A stretch of 32,261 nt of DNA from an uncultured virus (IMG/VR IMGVR_UViG_2049941000_000847) (lineage: Duplodnaviria > Heunggongvirae > Uroviricota > Caudoviricetes). Position numbers and translations under genes: made by a program. Below are positions 1-9,435 of this stretch, one piece after another. The notes beneath the pieces are model-generated. The model did no database searches, was not told the origin of the DNA, and saw only the letters and a program-made list of their open reading frames with translations. The stretch is taken from the IMG/VR virus record IMGVR_UViG_2049941000_000847. One strand, 5' to 3'. Numbering within the stretch: the stretch's first letter is position 1; every line of letters begins with the position of its first letter.

Positions 1-32
1 ACACGGACCAATTTCGTTTTGATCCGTAGATT

Positions 33-416
33 ATGGGTAGCAATATAAAATGCCCCGGCAAGTGGCAGCTTGATGGAGACAAACTGGTCTGGTTTGGCGA
101 CATAGAGAACACGGATGAGAATCCGATTTCCACAAAAGTATTCGAGATAGACGGAGCAAAAGTCCGGTTCGAGTGCCTTGCCGCACAGGGAATAGAGCCT
201 GGTTTCCCGTTCGATGTTCTGGAAGCGTATGACTTCGTCGTCGTGGAAGTCGAAGAAGACGGTCAGAAGACGAAGATGTGGTGGTCCGATCTGGAGAAGA
301 GACCGTGGTATCAGAAGCTGGTGGAGGCTTTCAAAGATGTGCCGGAGACGAATAGAATGAAGACAGCCACGACAAGCGAGATGATTGCCTGGTGGAGACT
401 TCCAATGCCTAGCTGA
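33..416 (+). CDS. hypothetical protein
   Basis: 127-aa ORF converging on the resolvase gene; no recognisable motif. Confidence 0.7.
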   Translation: MGSNIKCPGKWQLDGDKLVWFGDIENTDENPISTKVFEIDGAKVRFECLAAQGIEPGFPFDVLEAYDFVVVEVEEDGQKTKMWWSDLEKRPWYQKLVEAFKDVPETNRMKTATTSEMIAWWRLPMPS

Positions 417-418
417 TG

Positions 419-1096
419 CTAGGGCTTCGGCGCCTTCCTGTGCATACGAGTTTCGACGATGGATTCCGCGCCCTTTGTGGACGGAGATTCAAGAAGAGAT
501 CTCTTCCCATCGTCTATGGATTCAGGCCCTAGTTTGTCGTACTTGATGTGATGTCTTAAAACATCGGCCATCCAGAACGCGTCGCACAGGTCAGAGTGCG
601 GGTTTCCATATTGCTTCAAGGAGTGGAACTCGGTTGGATAGAGGTCTGGATATTGGTTCTGTATCGCGGACGCCATCATCGACTTGTCAGCGTTTCCATT
701 TCCGGTGGCGAACCTTTTCACAACCATCGGAGGGTATATAACTATTCCCTTTCCGGCATCGTAAAACAACTTCTTCTCACCGCCTATGAACTCCCCGAGC
801 TGGAATATGGACGAGCTGGACGACTTGGCAAACGCGTACCCTTCGAACGCGATGTACTCCACGTCATCCATGTCTTTCTCCAGTATGGCGTATACCAGAT
901 TCTGACGGTCGAACATGTTCATCTTCGAGTAGTCCTTCGGTATCTTGTCGACCAAGACGCGCTCTGTGCTCATAACGTATTTGTTCTTGTCGGTGTACCC
1001 GTAGAACTTGATGTCCGTTATGTCGAGCTTTTCGTCAAGTGTCATTATGCACTTGCCGGTCGAGGTTATGGACGGGTCTATTCCGCAGATCTTCAT
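419..1096 (-). CDS. RuvC-like Holliday junction resolvase (phage type)
   Basis: N-terminal GIDPSITSTG, IAFEGYAF, PxxVKRFATGNGNADK and SDLCDAFW supply the D/E/D/D RuvC catalytic pattern. Confidence 0.85.
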   Translation of the reverse strand: MKICGIDPSITSTGKCIMTLDEKLDITDIKFYGYTDKNKYVMSTERVLVDKIPKDYSKMNMFDRQNLVYAILEKDMDDVEYIAFEGYAFAKSSSSSIFQLGEFIGGEKKLFYDAGKGIVIYPPMVVKRFATGNGNADKSMMASAIQNQYPDLYPTEFHSLKQYGNPHSDLCDAFWMADVLRHHIKYDKLGPESIDDGKRSLLESPSTKGAESIVETRMHRKAPKP

Positions 1097-1144
1097 CGTT
1101 GCACTGTCCTGTGCGCCGTTTCCGGTTAATGGAAAATTACATTC

Positions 1145-1159
1145 ATAATATAGGTTTTT
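1145..1159 (-). promoter_or_regulatory. variant of recurrent phage promoter motif (AAAAACCTATATTAT)
   Basis: Close variant of AAAATACTATATTAT, about 50 nt upstream of the resolvase start. Confidence 0.5.
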
Positions 1160-1171
1160 ACAAATAATTGA

Positions 1172-3154
1172 TTATTTTGATGAGCCATCGAGCGCCGCAA
1201 ATGCATATACGGCTGTCTTGCCGTTTTGATTGACGAACTTGTATATAACGTTCAAGTCTTTTCCGCTTACGCTTGTATTGACCAGCTCGCCATCATGGCT
1301 ACCGCTTAGAACCCTTGCAGCCTTGACTTCCATGGAATGTTTGGCCTTGTTCCTGGCCATTTCCATGCTCTTTGCCTCGCCCTTCGCGATAACATATGGC
1401 TTGCCGTTCAGCTGCTTTATTTGCTCGGCGAACAGCTCGGCACCTTCCTGGTCCTGTTCCACGACCTGCTCGGTAGGAGCCTGTCTGGATATTGGAGCAT
1501 TGTCTGGTGTGGCAGCGTCCGCGTTTCCAGGTGTTCCGAGAGCCAGAGCGCCGGCGACGATAGCAGCCTTCCCAACGTTCTTCAGTTTGTCCATCATGCT
1601 TTCGTCTATCGCCATATCCGGATACATTACGTTGTGGATCCGCACGATGGCTTCCAACTGGGCTTCGTCCAGACCGAGGCCGATCATTGATTCTATGAAC
1701 AGGGTGTTCTTCTTGTTTGGATCTATGGAGTCAACAGATTCTTTTATGTTGCCCTTCGATACGTCCCGAGCTACTACAGCCTTCCCTCCAATTTTCACAT
1801 TACCAGATATCTTTGCGTTGTTTACGATCGAAGCATCGCCGTACACCTTTGCTTTATCAAATACCTTCGAACCCTCAGTCGTTTCCTCGTCGTTAGGACC
1901 ATATACCCAGCAATTTCCATTGTGGCTAAGGTTATTTTCCGATTCAATCCAACCACCGAGATCTCCGATTTTAATATAACCAAATTTCTTTATCGCTTTT
2001 ATGCGGTGAAGCGTGTGACCGTCCACTTCCATCGTTTTATCTGTGAACTCGTATTTTTTTTCTCCCGTAAACTCAGTCTCGTCATTTGTTTTTGTATCGT
2101 TATTTTGCTCAGACGCCTTCTTAATTCTGTGCGAATATCTAGGAGCATCTCCGCTTTTAAGAACAAAATTATCCAATTCCTTTAGATCGGTTATTGGCTC
2201 GTATTCGTTGTACATTTTCGATAGATATATTTCTGGGTCATATTCTTCCGGATCTATGCCAGTTGAGAATCGCCGCTTCTTTGCCACTTTGTTAGATCCC
2301 GGGATATCATTGAAGAATATATCGTTTGCTTCTCTGGGGGCCTTCTTGTCCCCATGGCCAAACCCTCTGAACAACGAGTCCTTGTCGATACTCTCGACGA
2401 CTCTACCAGACTTAAGAGTTTTTTCGATCATCTTGAACGGAATGCTCTTCCCGGACATAAGATCCGTGTATGTTTTCTTTATGTCGTCAACTGTTACTTT
2501 TTCACCGTCTTTTCCGGGTGCGACGTCTGTTCGCATGGCGAATATAACGTGTCTTTTCGACGCGTTTTTCTTTCCGCTGTCGCTCAATATGTCCAACCAC
2601 TTGTATTCTTCTGGATTCCAGTTTTCGTCATCGGTTACGAACAGCAGCAGGTCTTCAAACGTTCCTTCCTTATCCTTGTACTCTTCATTTTCCGAATTTT
2701 TGTATCCTTCCGGAAATTTCATCATCTTCTTTGCGTAAAGATACGTTCTGTCTTTGATTGGCACTCCGCCGAAGTTAGGATCTGTCAGAGCGGAGTCTTT
2801 GTGCTCTTTCATCTGCCTGCGAAGTTCTCGCTTTTTGTCTCGTTCTTCGTCTGGGGCATCATCCGACTTTTCATTGCTCTTCTTCGAATCAACCGTTTTT
2901 CCATTCTCCTTGGCAGATTTCTCCTCGGAGTCTTTCTTCTCCTCGGAGTCTTTCTTCGTCGTGCTGTCGGAATTACCATTGTCTTCAGGTACACTTTTAG
3001 CATTGCGTTTGTTCCATTCTTTTAGCGAAAAAGACCCGAATCCTTCCATTCTCGGGAAACATGTCCTATACGAATCCGATATGGCTTCAAGCAAATTGCC
3101 ATCTATTCCAAGACACTTAAGACCTTCCAAAAAGTATTTTTCGCAACCGGACAT
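1172..3154 (-). CDS. large multi-domain probable virion protein: left-handed beta-helix-like module and C-terminal signal-peptide-like segment
   Basis: 660 aa. KKYEFTD..GHTLHRIKA..GDLGGWIESENNLSHNGNCWVY followed by hexapeptide-like repeats (AKVYGDASIVNNAKISGNVKIGG); hydrophobic AAIVAGALALG near the C-terminus; late-type box upstream. Confidence 0.7.
   Translation of the reverse strand: MSGCEKYFLEGLKCLGIDGNLLEAISDSYRTCFPRMEGFGSFSLKEWNKRNAKSVPEDNGNSDSTTKKDSEEKKDSEEKSAKENGKTVDSKKSNEKSDDAPDEERDKKRELRRQMKEHKDSALTDPNFGGVPIKDRTYLYAKKMMKFPEGYKNSENEEYKDKEGTFEDLLLFVTDDENWNPEEYKWLDILSDSGKKNASKRHVIFAMRTDVAPGKDGEKVTVDDIKKTYTDLMSGKSIPFKMIEKTLKSGRVVESIDKDSLFRGFGHGDKKAPREANDIFFNDIPGSNKVAKKRRFSTGIDPEEYDPEIYLSKMYNEYEPITDLKELDNFVLKSGDAPRYSHRIKKASEQNNDTKTNDETEFTGEKKYEFTDKTMEVDGHTLHRIKAIKKFGYIKIGDLGGWIESENNLSHNGNCWVYGPNDEETTEGSKVFDKAKVYGDASIVNNAKISGNVKIGGKAVVARDVSKGNIKESVDSIDPNKKNTLFIESMIGLGLDEAQLEAIVRIHNVMYPDMAIDESMMDKLKNVGKAAIVAGALALGTPGNADAATPDNAPISRQAPTEQVVEQDQEGAELFAEQIKQLNGKPYVIAKGEAKSMEMARNKAKHSMEVKAARVLSGSHDGELVNTSVSGKDLNVIYKFVNQNGKTAVYAFAALDGSSK
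2919..2957. repeat. 18-bp tandem duplication encoding KKDSEEKKDSEEK
   Basis: ttctcctcggagtctttc x2, in frame in a low-complexity linker. Confidence 0.85.
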
Positions 3155-3186
3155 GAATAGCTCCAGGTTTGGTATATTTGCATATT

Positions 3187-3197
3187 TAGTTTATAAT
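3187..3197 (-). promoter_or_regulatory. putative late promoter ATTATAAACTA
   Basis: Identical 11-mer at 6040-6050 (-) and a near-identical one at 12487-12497 (+); each lies about 25-30 nt before an ATG. Confidence 0.65.
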
Positions 3198-3201
3198 AAA
3201 C

Positions 3202-3227
3202 ACCGGGAAATCGACCGGTCTCCCGGT
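3202..3227 (-). terminator. intrinsic terminator-like hairpin after the 940-aa gene
   Basis: accggga/tcccggt stem; followed by gtttatt on the minus strand. Confidence 0.55.
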
Positions 3228-3283
3228 AGATTTCCGTTCATCNNNNNNNNNNNNNNNNNNNNNNNNNNNNNNNNNNNNNNNNN

Positions 3284-6013
3284 AAGACATGCCATGGGAA
3301 CCTGTCCACCGTTTATGAATTCGACGGTGTTTCTATGCGCGTCAAATTTTATGACCATGCCTCTAGGACCATTATCGCACCAGTAATAGACAGACGACTG
3401 CGTGTCCATGCTAGGATGTTCGCCGACCGGGTCGTATGTCCCAGCAGGGAATATGCCGAAGTCGAAGCAGTCCAATCCATTCAAAAACTTTGACTTTATC
3501 AAATATGCGCCTTCATTTTTCCCCTTAATTCCAGACAATGGCGAATTTTCAATCACATTTCCGAGACACTCTCCGATAAGTGCCTCCCATTCGCGCTTTT
3601 TGGGTATATGCCACCCACCTGTAAGCGAGCAAACATTTTTCGCCTCGCTGAAGTTATACAAGACACCACCACCGATCTTGTCATCAAGATGCCGAACCAT
3701 AACATCCCTATTGGCGTTATATTCATATCCGCTATCATCGGATGTATCATTTTCGTTCAACTTGAAGCACATGTTCCGCGCGGTCCATATTCCATAATTT
3801 TTACCATCATATTCGAAGTTCACGGCATCATACTCCACCCCATGAATGGATTGATTGAGTCGAGTTGCGACGGTTATTCCTTCGTCTCCTTCGCCGGTAG
3901 GTATGCGGTATTCTATCTTCCCTTTGGAAGAAACGGTTTTGATGACATTATTTTCCCTTTCCATGCTATCTATGACCTTCCTGTCATTCTTAATCTTTTC
4001 GATATTTTTTTCCTCGGCCGATCGCATGTCAATTAAATGAGACACCATGGAAAGAGCTTCCTTTGCTACATTGGCCATGTCGTTCAACCGTTCCTTGCCG
4101 CTCCAATCCATTACAATGGAATCCACGGTTGATACGACATCTTTCTTGCAGTTTTCTGTGATTAGATTCATTTTTTCCCTTATATTTTCGACATTTTTAT
4201 TCTTTTTTTTCAATTCCTCATTCTTTTTCTCATTTTTTTCGCCCAAGGTCGCAAGCTTTTTCTTTTTCTCTTCGTCAGCGACCTTTGAATCTTCTATATC
4301 TTTCTTTTCAAGTTCGATATTATTGATTTCTTTTTCAACCTCATTAATTTCATCTAATATTGTGACGATTTCTTCCGACTTGTCGTTTATCAAACTGATA
4401 GCTTCATCTATTTTATCCATGACAGTCGTCATCGCATCTTCGTCCTTTCCGACTACCGTCCCATAGAATTGTCTATCAAAATTTTCACTCATCGCCTTAT
4501 AGAGTCTTGCCTTGTCATCCTCATCAATGTAGCCGGATTCCTTTGAATCCGTCCATTCATGAACTATTTCTAGCATTTTGGATAGGTTCTTGTCGATGAC
4601 GGTCTCGTCGGCGGCGTCACCGTTCCTAATACCGCCCGCTATCTTGTCGATATAATCGTCTACCTTTTTCTTATCTATTTCGTCCGGGTTCGCCAGAACG
4701 TAGTCCGCAAATTCATGTTCTATCTTGCGTGTTTTGTTTTCAGCGTCGTTCTTTGTTAGGCCGGTCACGATACCGATAATGCGACCTATCTTGTTATCTA
4801 TAGACCCTATGTTCTTGTTTACGTTCTTTATCTTTTCATCGTCGTCATCTGCATACCTGACAAACGTAAACTCCTTCGACTCGCGTTTCTTCAGCCCATT
4901 GTCTTCTGAGAAAGATTCGCCGTCAGAGCCCCTGTCAAACACCTTTCTTGTACCGATTCTCAGCGATTTCACCCCGGTTGGACTTGTTACAATTTCAGTG
5001 CTGGCATCCACCGGCTCTCCGTTTACAAGATGATCCCTGAACTGGTTGTACTGTGTCGTGAACGGACCGCCGTCTAGGCTGAACATATTGTCGCGTATGT
5101 CTTTCAATAATACAAATTCTTCAGAGTCTTCTTTCAGACCTTCAAACAGCTGCTTAAACATTTCGTCATTTATTTTCTCTACGTCATAGTTGATGGAATC
5201 CATTAAATCTTTGTACTTTTTAAACGCTTCCGGTGATACAGACATCAGCCTTTCTTCGAGTTTTGACAGCTTGATTATTCTTTCAAGTTCCCCCTTGTAC
5301 TTGCCATATTCCCCGTAGATCTTGTCATTTATTTTTAGAATTTCAAGTTTTTCTTTCCTCTGCAGCCTGTCTCCGGAGTCCAGCTTTTTTACTGTCTGTT
5401 GTATCAACTTGCGTTCGCTTCCACGCGGGACAAGTGGAAACAGTTCTTCCAGGTCTATATCGACATTTCTTTCCTGTGCGAGACGTGTCATGCCGTTTCT
5501 AGCGTTTCCATTTATCTTTATGTTAATTACGTGGTGTTTTTTCATGCCGTTGAATATTTTTTCATATGCTCCGAACACATCTCCAAGTAGTCTCATCACA
5601 TCATCTGATGTAGTTCTCTCGTGACTGACAAGGAAGTCGTACCCTCTCTTCACGTCATCGTCGGATTTGTATGTTGGCCAGCGGTTGCCTGTATATTCGT
5701 CTCCGTCAAAATCCCTGCACTTTTTGTAATAGTCCTCTATTGTTTTTATGTCGCCGTTGATTATAGGAGTTTTTTTGGCCGTACTTTCCAACTCTTCCAA
5801 TTTTTCAGCGAGCTTTTTATGCGGTTCAGAAAGGAAATGCTGTATAAGCTCCTGCTCCGTTTCAATAAAATTCTCATCCTCATCGCCGGTTCCAGTTTCC
5901 TCCGCCTCCATGACGGCTTTTCTCATGCCATTCACGGCCTCGCATAGATCTGTGGTCAATCCAAAGGCTCTGAGGGTATCGATGAACATCTGTTCGGAAT
6001 TGCTGGTTTTCAT
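3284..6013 (-). CDS. large coiled-coil protein with C-terminal Fib_succ_major-like (FISUMP, C-type-lectin fold) domain; true 3' end probably lies in the gap 3243-3283
   Basis: C-terminal WTARNM..GVLYNFSEAKNVC..GWHIPKKREWEAL..GLDCFDFGIFPAG..YYW matches the Fib_succ_major pattern; long K/E-rich heptad region. Confidence 0.75.
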
Positions 6014-6039
6014 GGGCGAAAGGTCCTATTTTACACCTG

Positions 6040-6050
6040 TAGTTTATAAT
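6040..6050 (-). promoter_or_regulatory. putative late promoter ATTATAAACTA
   Basis: Exact copy of the 3187-3197 box, 26 nt upstream of the ATG at 6013. Confidence 0.65.
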
Positions 6051-6103
6051 GTAGGTTTCTTTCGCCAGCATAAACGGCCAGAATCAGCGAGATTTCCAGG
6101 CAA

Positions 6104-6120
6104 GAAAAATACTATATTGT
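6104..6120 (+). promoter_or_regulatory. recurrent phage promoter motif GAAAAATACTATATTGT
   Basis: One of at least six near-identical intergenic copies; heads a + strand operon. Confidence 0.75.
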
Positions 6121-6189
6121 TCGTGAGGTTTTACCGTGCACGCCAAAAAATCCAGCTACCCGTTTATCTCCCGCGCCACCTACTCTGTG

Positions 6190-6975
6190 ATGGCATTTTT
6201 CCATAATATCAAAAGGAGACTCTTCCTTAAACGAAACGTCTACAGGTCGATGAAACCGGAAATCGACAGGTTCATGGCTGAATTCGACAAAGAAAATACC
6301 GACAGCTTTGGTAGGGAATATAAAATGGGGTGCATCAAGTCCGCGCTCAGGGCATATTGCTCGCTTTGCACCGACGGTCATTCCGGATATTCGATTTCCG
6401 AGACTATGGCGTTCCTCCGGCGAATGGTAAACCACCTGCCGCTAACGCCCCTCACAGCAGANNNNNNNNNNNNNNNNNNNNNNNNNNNNNNNNNNNNNNN
6501 NNNNNAATCCGAATGGAACGAAATCTCCGACGATGAGGACGGCAAACTTTTCCAGAGTCGAAGATGTCCAAGTGTGTTCAAAACGATTGGCCCTGAAGGA
6601 ACCTCGTACAGGGACATCGACCGCGTGGTTAAACTTGACCTTGAAACCGGGCTCGAATGGTCCAATGGCTGGGTGACTAAAATGGTGGACGAGCGTTTCC
6701 CGATTACGATGCCCTACATGCCTTCAGGAAAGAAGTTTGTAGTAGAGTGCAGGGAATTCGACTCAACAAACGCAAATCCGGGCACATACGACACCATTCT
6801 CATATCCAGGATTGTTCCTACGGAAGGCACCGGGGCGCCAATCGATATCAACAAGATGTACAAGGAAGTCGTCGGCGAGGATGGCAAGTCCACTCTTGTG
6901 GAGATCGACGAAAAGGAATATGGCGAGAGATACGCCAACTACCTAAAGTTCATTGGCAACCGAGAGAACAACTAA
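6190..6975 (+). CDS. conserved phage hypothetical protein (contains gap; start could be GTG 6136)
   Basis: GHSGYS..PLTPLT..EW..QSRRCPSVFK..DIDRVV motif series resembling a family common in large phages. Confidence 0.7.
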   Translation: MAFFHNIKRRLFLKRNVYRSMKPEIDRFMAEFDKENTDSFGREYKMGCIKSALRAYCSLCTDGHSGYSISETMAFLRRMVNHLPLTPLTAXXXXXXXXXXXXXXXXSEWNEISDDEDGKLFQSRRCPSVFKTIGPEGTSYRDIDRVVKLDLETGLEWSNGWVTKMVDERFPITMPYMPSGKKFVVECREFDSTNANPGTYDTILISRIVPTEGTGAPIDINKMYKEVVGEDGKSTLVEIDEKEYGERYANYLKFIGNRENN

Positions 6976-6978
6976 ACA

Positions 6979-7383
6979 ATGATTTCCCGCAACCTGCTTC
7001 GGACCATCCTGACACATAGCATGAAGGTCTCTGCGAGGCATTCGAAGACCAATGCCCAGCGTGTGTCCCATTATGACCATTATTCCTATGTGGTCGTCGG
7101 GAACGAGGTGATCGAAGGCGGCAGGAACTTGACCAGGAACACCCCTCCCGTCCATTGGGGGTACAAGGACTATCAAGGAATACATTCCGAGTTGTCGGCA
7201 TATATGAAGGCATCTGGTCTTCTGCGCGACCGGGATTTTGGTGTCGTAAATGTTCGTCTTTCCAGGAACCTGAAGCTGATGAATTCGGCGCCGTGCCCGA
7301 ATTGTCAGAGGATGCTTAGGTCTCTTGGAGGAAAATGGGTTGTCTATTCCACACCAGAAGGTTTCAAGAAGGTGAAGCTATGA
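6979..7383 (+). CDS. Zn-dependent cytidine/deoxycytidylate deaminase-like protein
   Basis: HSE (HxE) and SAPCPNC (PCxxC) zinc motifs, plus GRN and VVYST strands. Confidence 0.85.
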   Translation: MISRNLLRTILTHSMKVSARHSKTNAQRVSHYDHYSYVVVGNEVIEGGRNLTRNTPPVHWGYKDYQGIHSELSAYMKASGLLRDRDFGVVNVRLSRNLKLMNSAPCPNCQRMLRSLGGKWVVYSTPEGFKKVKL

Positions 7384-7724
7384 AGAAACCAACCCTCAAA
7401 GGTGAAGCTCGTAAGATGTTCGATGCGGTTTCGAAGCTATGCATCGAAACATTTTGTCGGAATTTCACGTTGGACAGCATTAGAGAAACCGGGCTTAAGT
7501 GCATGGATTGGATTCCTTGTGGGGATGACCCGTTGATTTGCAAACACGTCGAGTTTCAAATATCCAGAACTGGAGTTCGGTATAGAATCTGGGATGTTCC
7601 TTTTGGAACTGCATACAAGAGAATCTGGGAGCCGGGGATGGATTTCGATGAAGGTTTCAGTGCTTTTCAGGACGATATTGAAAAAACCGGTGAAATCTGG
7701 GATTGGAAAGGAAAGAGATTATAG
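7380..7724 (+). CDS. hypothetical protein
   Basis: ATGA overlap with the deaminase stop codon. Confidence 0.65.
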   Translation: MKKPTLKGEARKMFDAVSKLCIETFCRNFTLDSIRETGLKCMDWIPCGDDPLICKHVEFQISRTGVRYRIWDVPFGTAYKRIWEPGMDFDEGFSAFQDDIEKTGEIWDWKGKRL

Positions 7725-7752
7725 GTGGAAGTCAGACAGGAAATAGCTAGCC

Positions 7753-8142
7753 ATGTATTATTTGTTCTTGACGAAACAAGACGACCTGAAGAAATACAAA
7801 GTCGAACTTGACCGGGTTTTGTCTTCGATGGACGCTGGCAAGACACCGGTATTCAACGAACTCCGCTCGGCGAAAACACAGATGTACGAGACCTTTCCGC
7901 GGGATTCGTTGTCCGGTGTATTCTTGATAGCGAGTGCGGTAATAGTGTCCACAATCAAGTTGCCGGAATCCATAATGATAGCCGTGGTTCTTGTGGTGAA
8001 TTCACTGTGCAACTGCATAGCCAACTATCTGTTCACCCTGATTAAGCACTGGTTGAGAGTCCGCCTGTGCAAACGTCTGGGGATAGATCCAAACGAAAGA
8101 AACATCGCGGCAATGGAAAGTTTGGAATATCAGAGCGTGTAA
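7753..8142 (+). CDS. hypothetical membrane protein
   Basis: Two hydrophobic segments (GVFLIASAVIV; IMIAVVLVV). Confidence 0.65.
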   Translation: MYYLFLTKQDDLKKYKVELDRVLSSMDAGKTPVFNELRSAKTQMYETFPRDSLSGVFLIASAVIVSTIKLPESIMIAVVLVVNSLCNCIANYLFTLIKHWLRVRLCKRLGIDPNERNIAAMESLEYQSV

Positions 8143-8167
8143 AACCGGGAACTAGAGGAGAAAGTTA

Positions 8168-8707
8168 ATGCAAAAGCTATACTGCTACAGCGCAAACGAG
8201 TTTAAACAGACAATGGACGGCAACAAATGGACGAACAGAACCCTGCCGTCCAGTGTCGCCTGTATTGAGATTTGCGCGACTCCGGATGTCAGGGATTACT
8301 ATGGCCAACTATTTTCCATTACCGACAAACCCTGGTTTTTGAACAGAAAAAGCCTTGGCCCGGTTCCGGAAAATGTCCTCAAGTTGAACTTCGACGACAT
8401 TACCGAATCCGTGAGGCCTATAGGAGAAGATAAATTTGCCTATGGCATGAACGTGGACCAGGCCAAGCAAATCGTGGAATTCATCGACAAGAATATCGAC
8501 AAGGACTTCTACATCCATTGCCATGCCGGGAAGAGCAGGAGCCAGGCGATAGTCAGATATATTCTCGACTTCTACCCTGACCACGATTGGGAAACAAGAC
8601 CGGAAAATCCTTGTATGGTCGGGCTGGTCAATGGGCGAGTCTATTCGCTCCTAAGGATGGTAAAATGCGGGTATGAGTCCAGCTCGTTTCTTGACGACGG
8701 CGCCTGA
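8168..8707 (+). CDS. protein tyrosine / dual-specificity phosphatase-like protein
   Basis: P-loop IHCHAGKSRS (CX5R), FDDI acid loop; GAGGA RBS. Confidence 0.88.
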   Translation: MQKLYCYSANEFKQTMDGNKWTNRTLPSSVACIEICATPDVRDYYGQLFSITDKPWFLNRKSLGPVPENVLKLNFDDITESVRPIGEDKFAYGMNVDQAKQIVEFIDKNIDKDFYIHCHAGKSRSQAIVRYILDFYPDHDWETRPENPCMVGLVNGRVYSLLRMVKCGYESSSFLDDGA

Positions 8708-8722
8708 AAAATACTATATTAT
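8706..8722 (+). promoter_or_regulatory. recurrent phage promoter motif GAAAAATACTATATTAT
   Basis: Motif copy, preceded by TTGACG at 8691-8696. Confidence 0.75.
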
Positions 8723-8772
8723 ACACAGCATGCTAACCGCAATTGACATTCTAATCGTAGAGGAGAAGTGAT

Positions 8773-9129
8773 ATGAAGAAAGAAAATTTTTATGACGAAC
8801 TGTTTGTGATTCAGAACCTGCTGACAGACACATTCGGAAAGAGCGTGCCGGACATGGAAAAATGTGTCAAGATCGCTCTCACTAAGGTAAATGGCCTTAT
8901 CCGCGAGTGCTTTGCCGGTGATATGTGGTCGATGGTTTCCGGGGACAACGAGAAGGTCAAACTTCTTAACGAGCGGATCAATCATCTGCAGAAGCAGCTG
9001 GACAAGATAACCATCTCGGTTCCTAACAAGGAACACGAGCCGACGATTATTCATCCTGTCAATCCGCCGAAAAACGAAGGCGACTTCTATAGGCAATATC
9101 CGGGTGGTCCAATTCAGCCAACGTGCTGA
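8773..9129 (+). CDS. hypothetical protein (coiled coil)
   Basis: GAGGAG RBS, 118-aa ORF. Confidence 0.7.
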   Translation: MKKENFYDELFVIQNLLTDTFGKSVPDMEKCVKIALTKVNGLIRECFAGDMWSMVSGDNEKVKLLNERINHLQKQLDKITISVPNKEHEPTIIHPVNPPKNEGDFYRQYPGGPIQPTC

Positions 9130-9139
9130 GGAAAATGTA

Positions 9140-9422
9140 ATGTTCTACACAGCCAAAATCTACGAAGAAGACGACGCTTATCTGGTCGAGTTTCCCGATC
9201 TGCTTGGAACCTTGACATACGGTGAAACTTTGGAAGAGGCGAAGGCCATGGCGAAGGACGCTATGGACCTTACGCTTATGTGTTATAACGACGAAGGGGA
9301 GCCGTGGCCCGAGGCGAAGACAGAGCCGGATGAAGAGCATGGGTTCTATGCGATAGAGGTTTCTCCTGAGGTTGAGAAGAATGAAATCCCCGAGGCGGAA
9401 GACGCTTCGGCGAAAGAACCCG
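9140..9422 (+). CDS. HicB-like antitoxin N-terminal domain protein (3' end in gap)
   Basis: YTAKIYEEDDAYLVEFPDLLGTLTYGETLEEAKAMAKDAM..P is the HicB partial RNase-H fold signature; no hicA next to it. Confidence 0.8.
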
Positions 9423-9435
9423 NNNNNNNNNNCAC

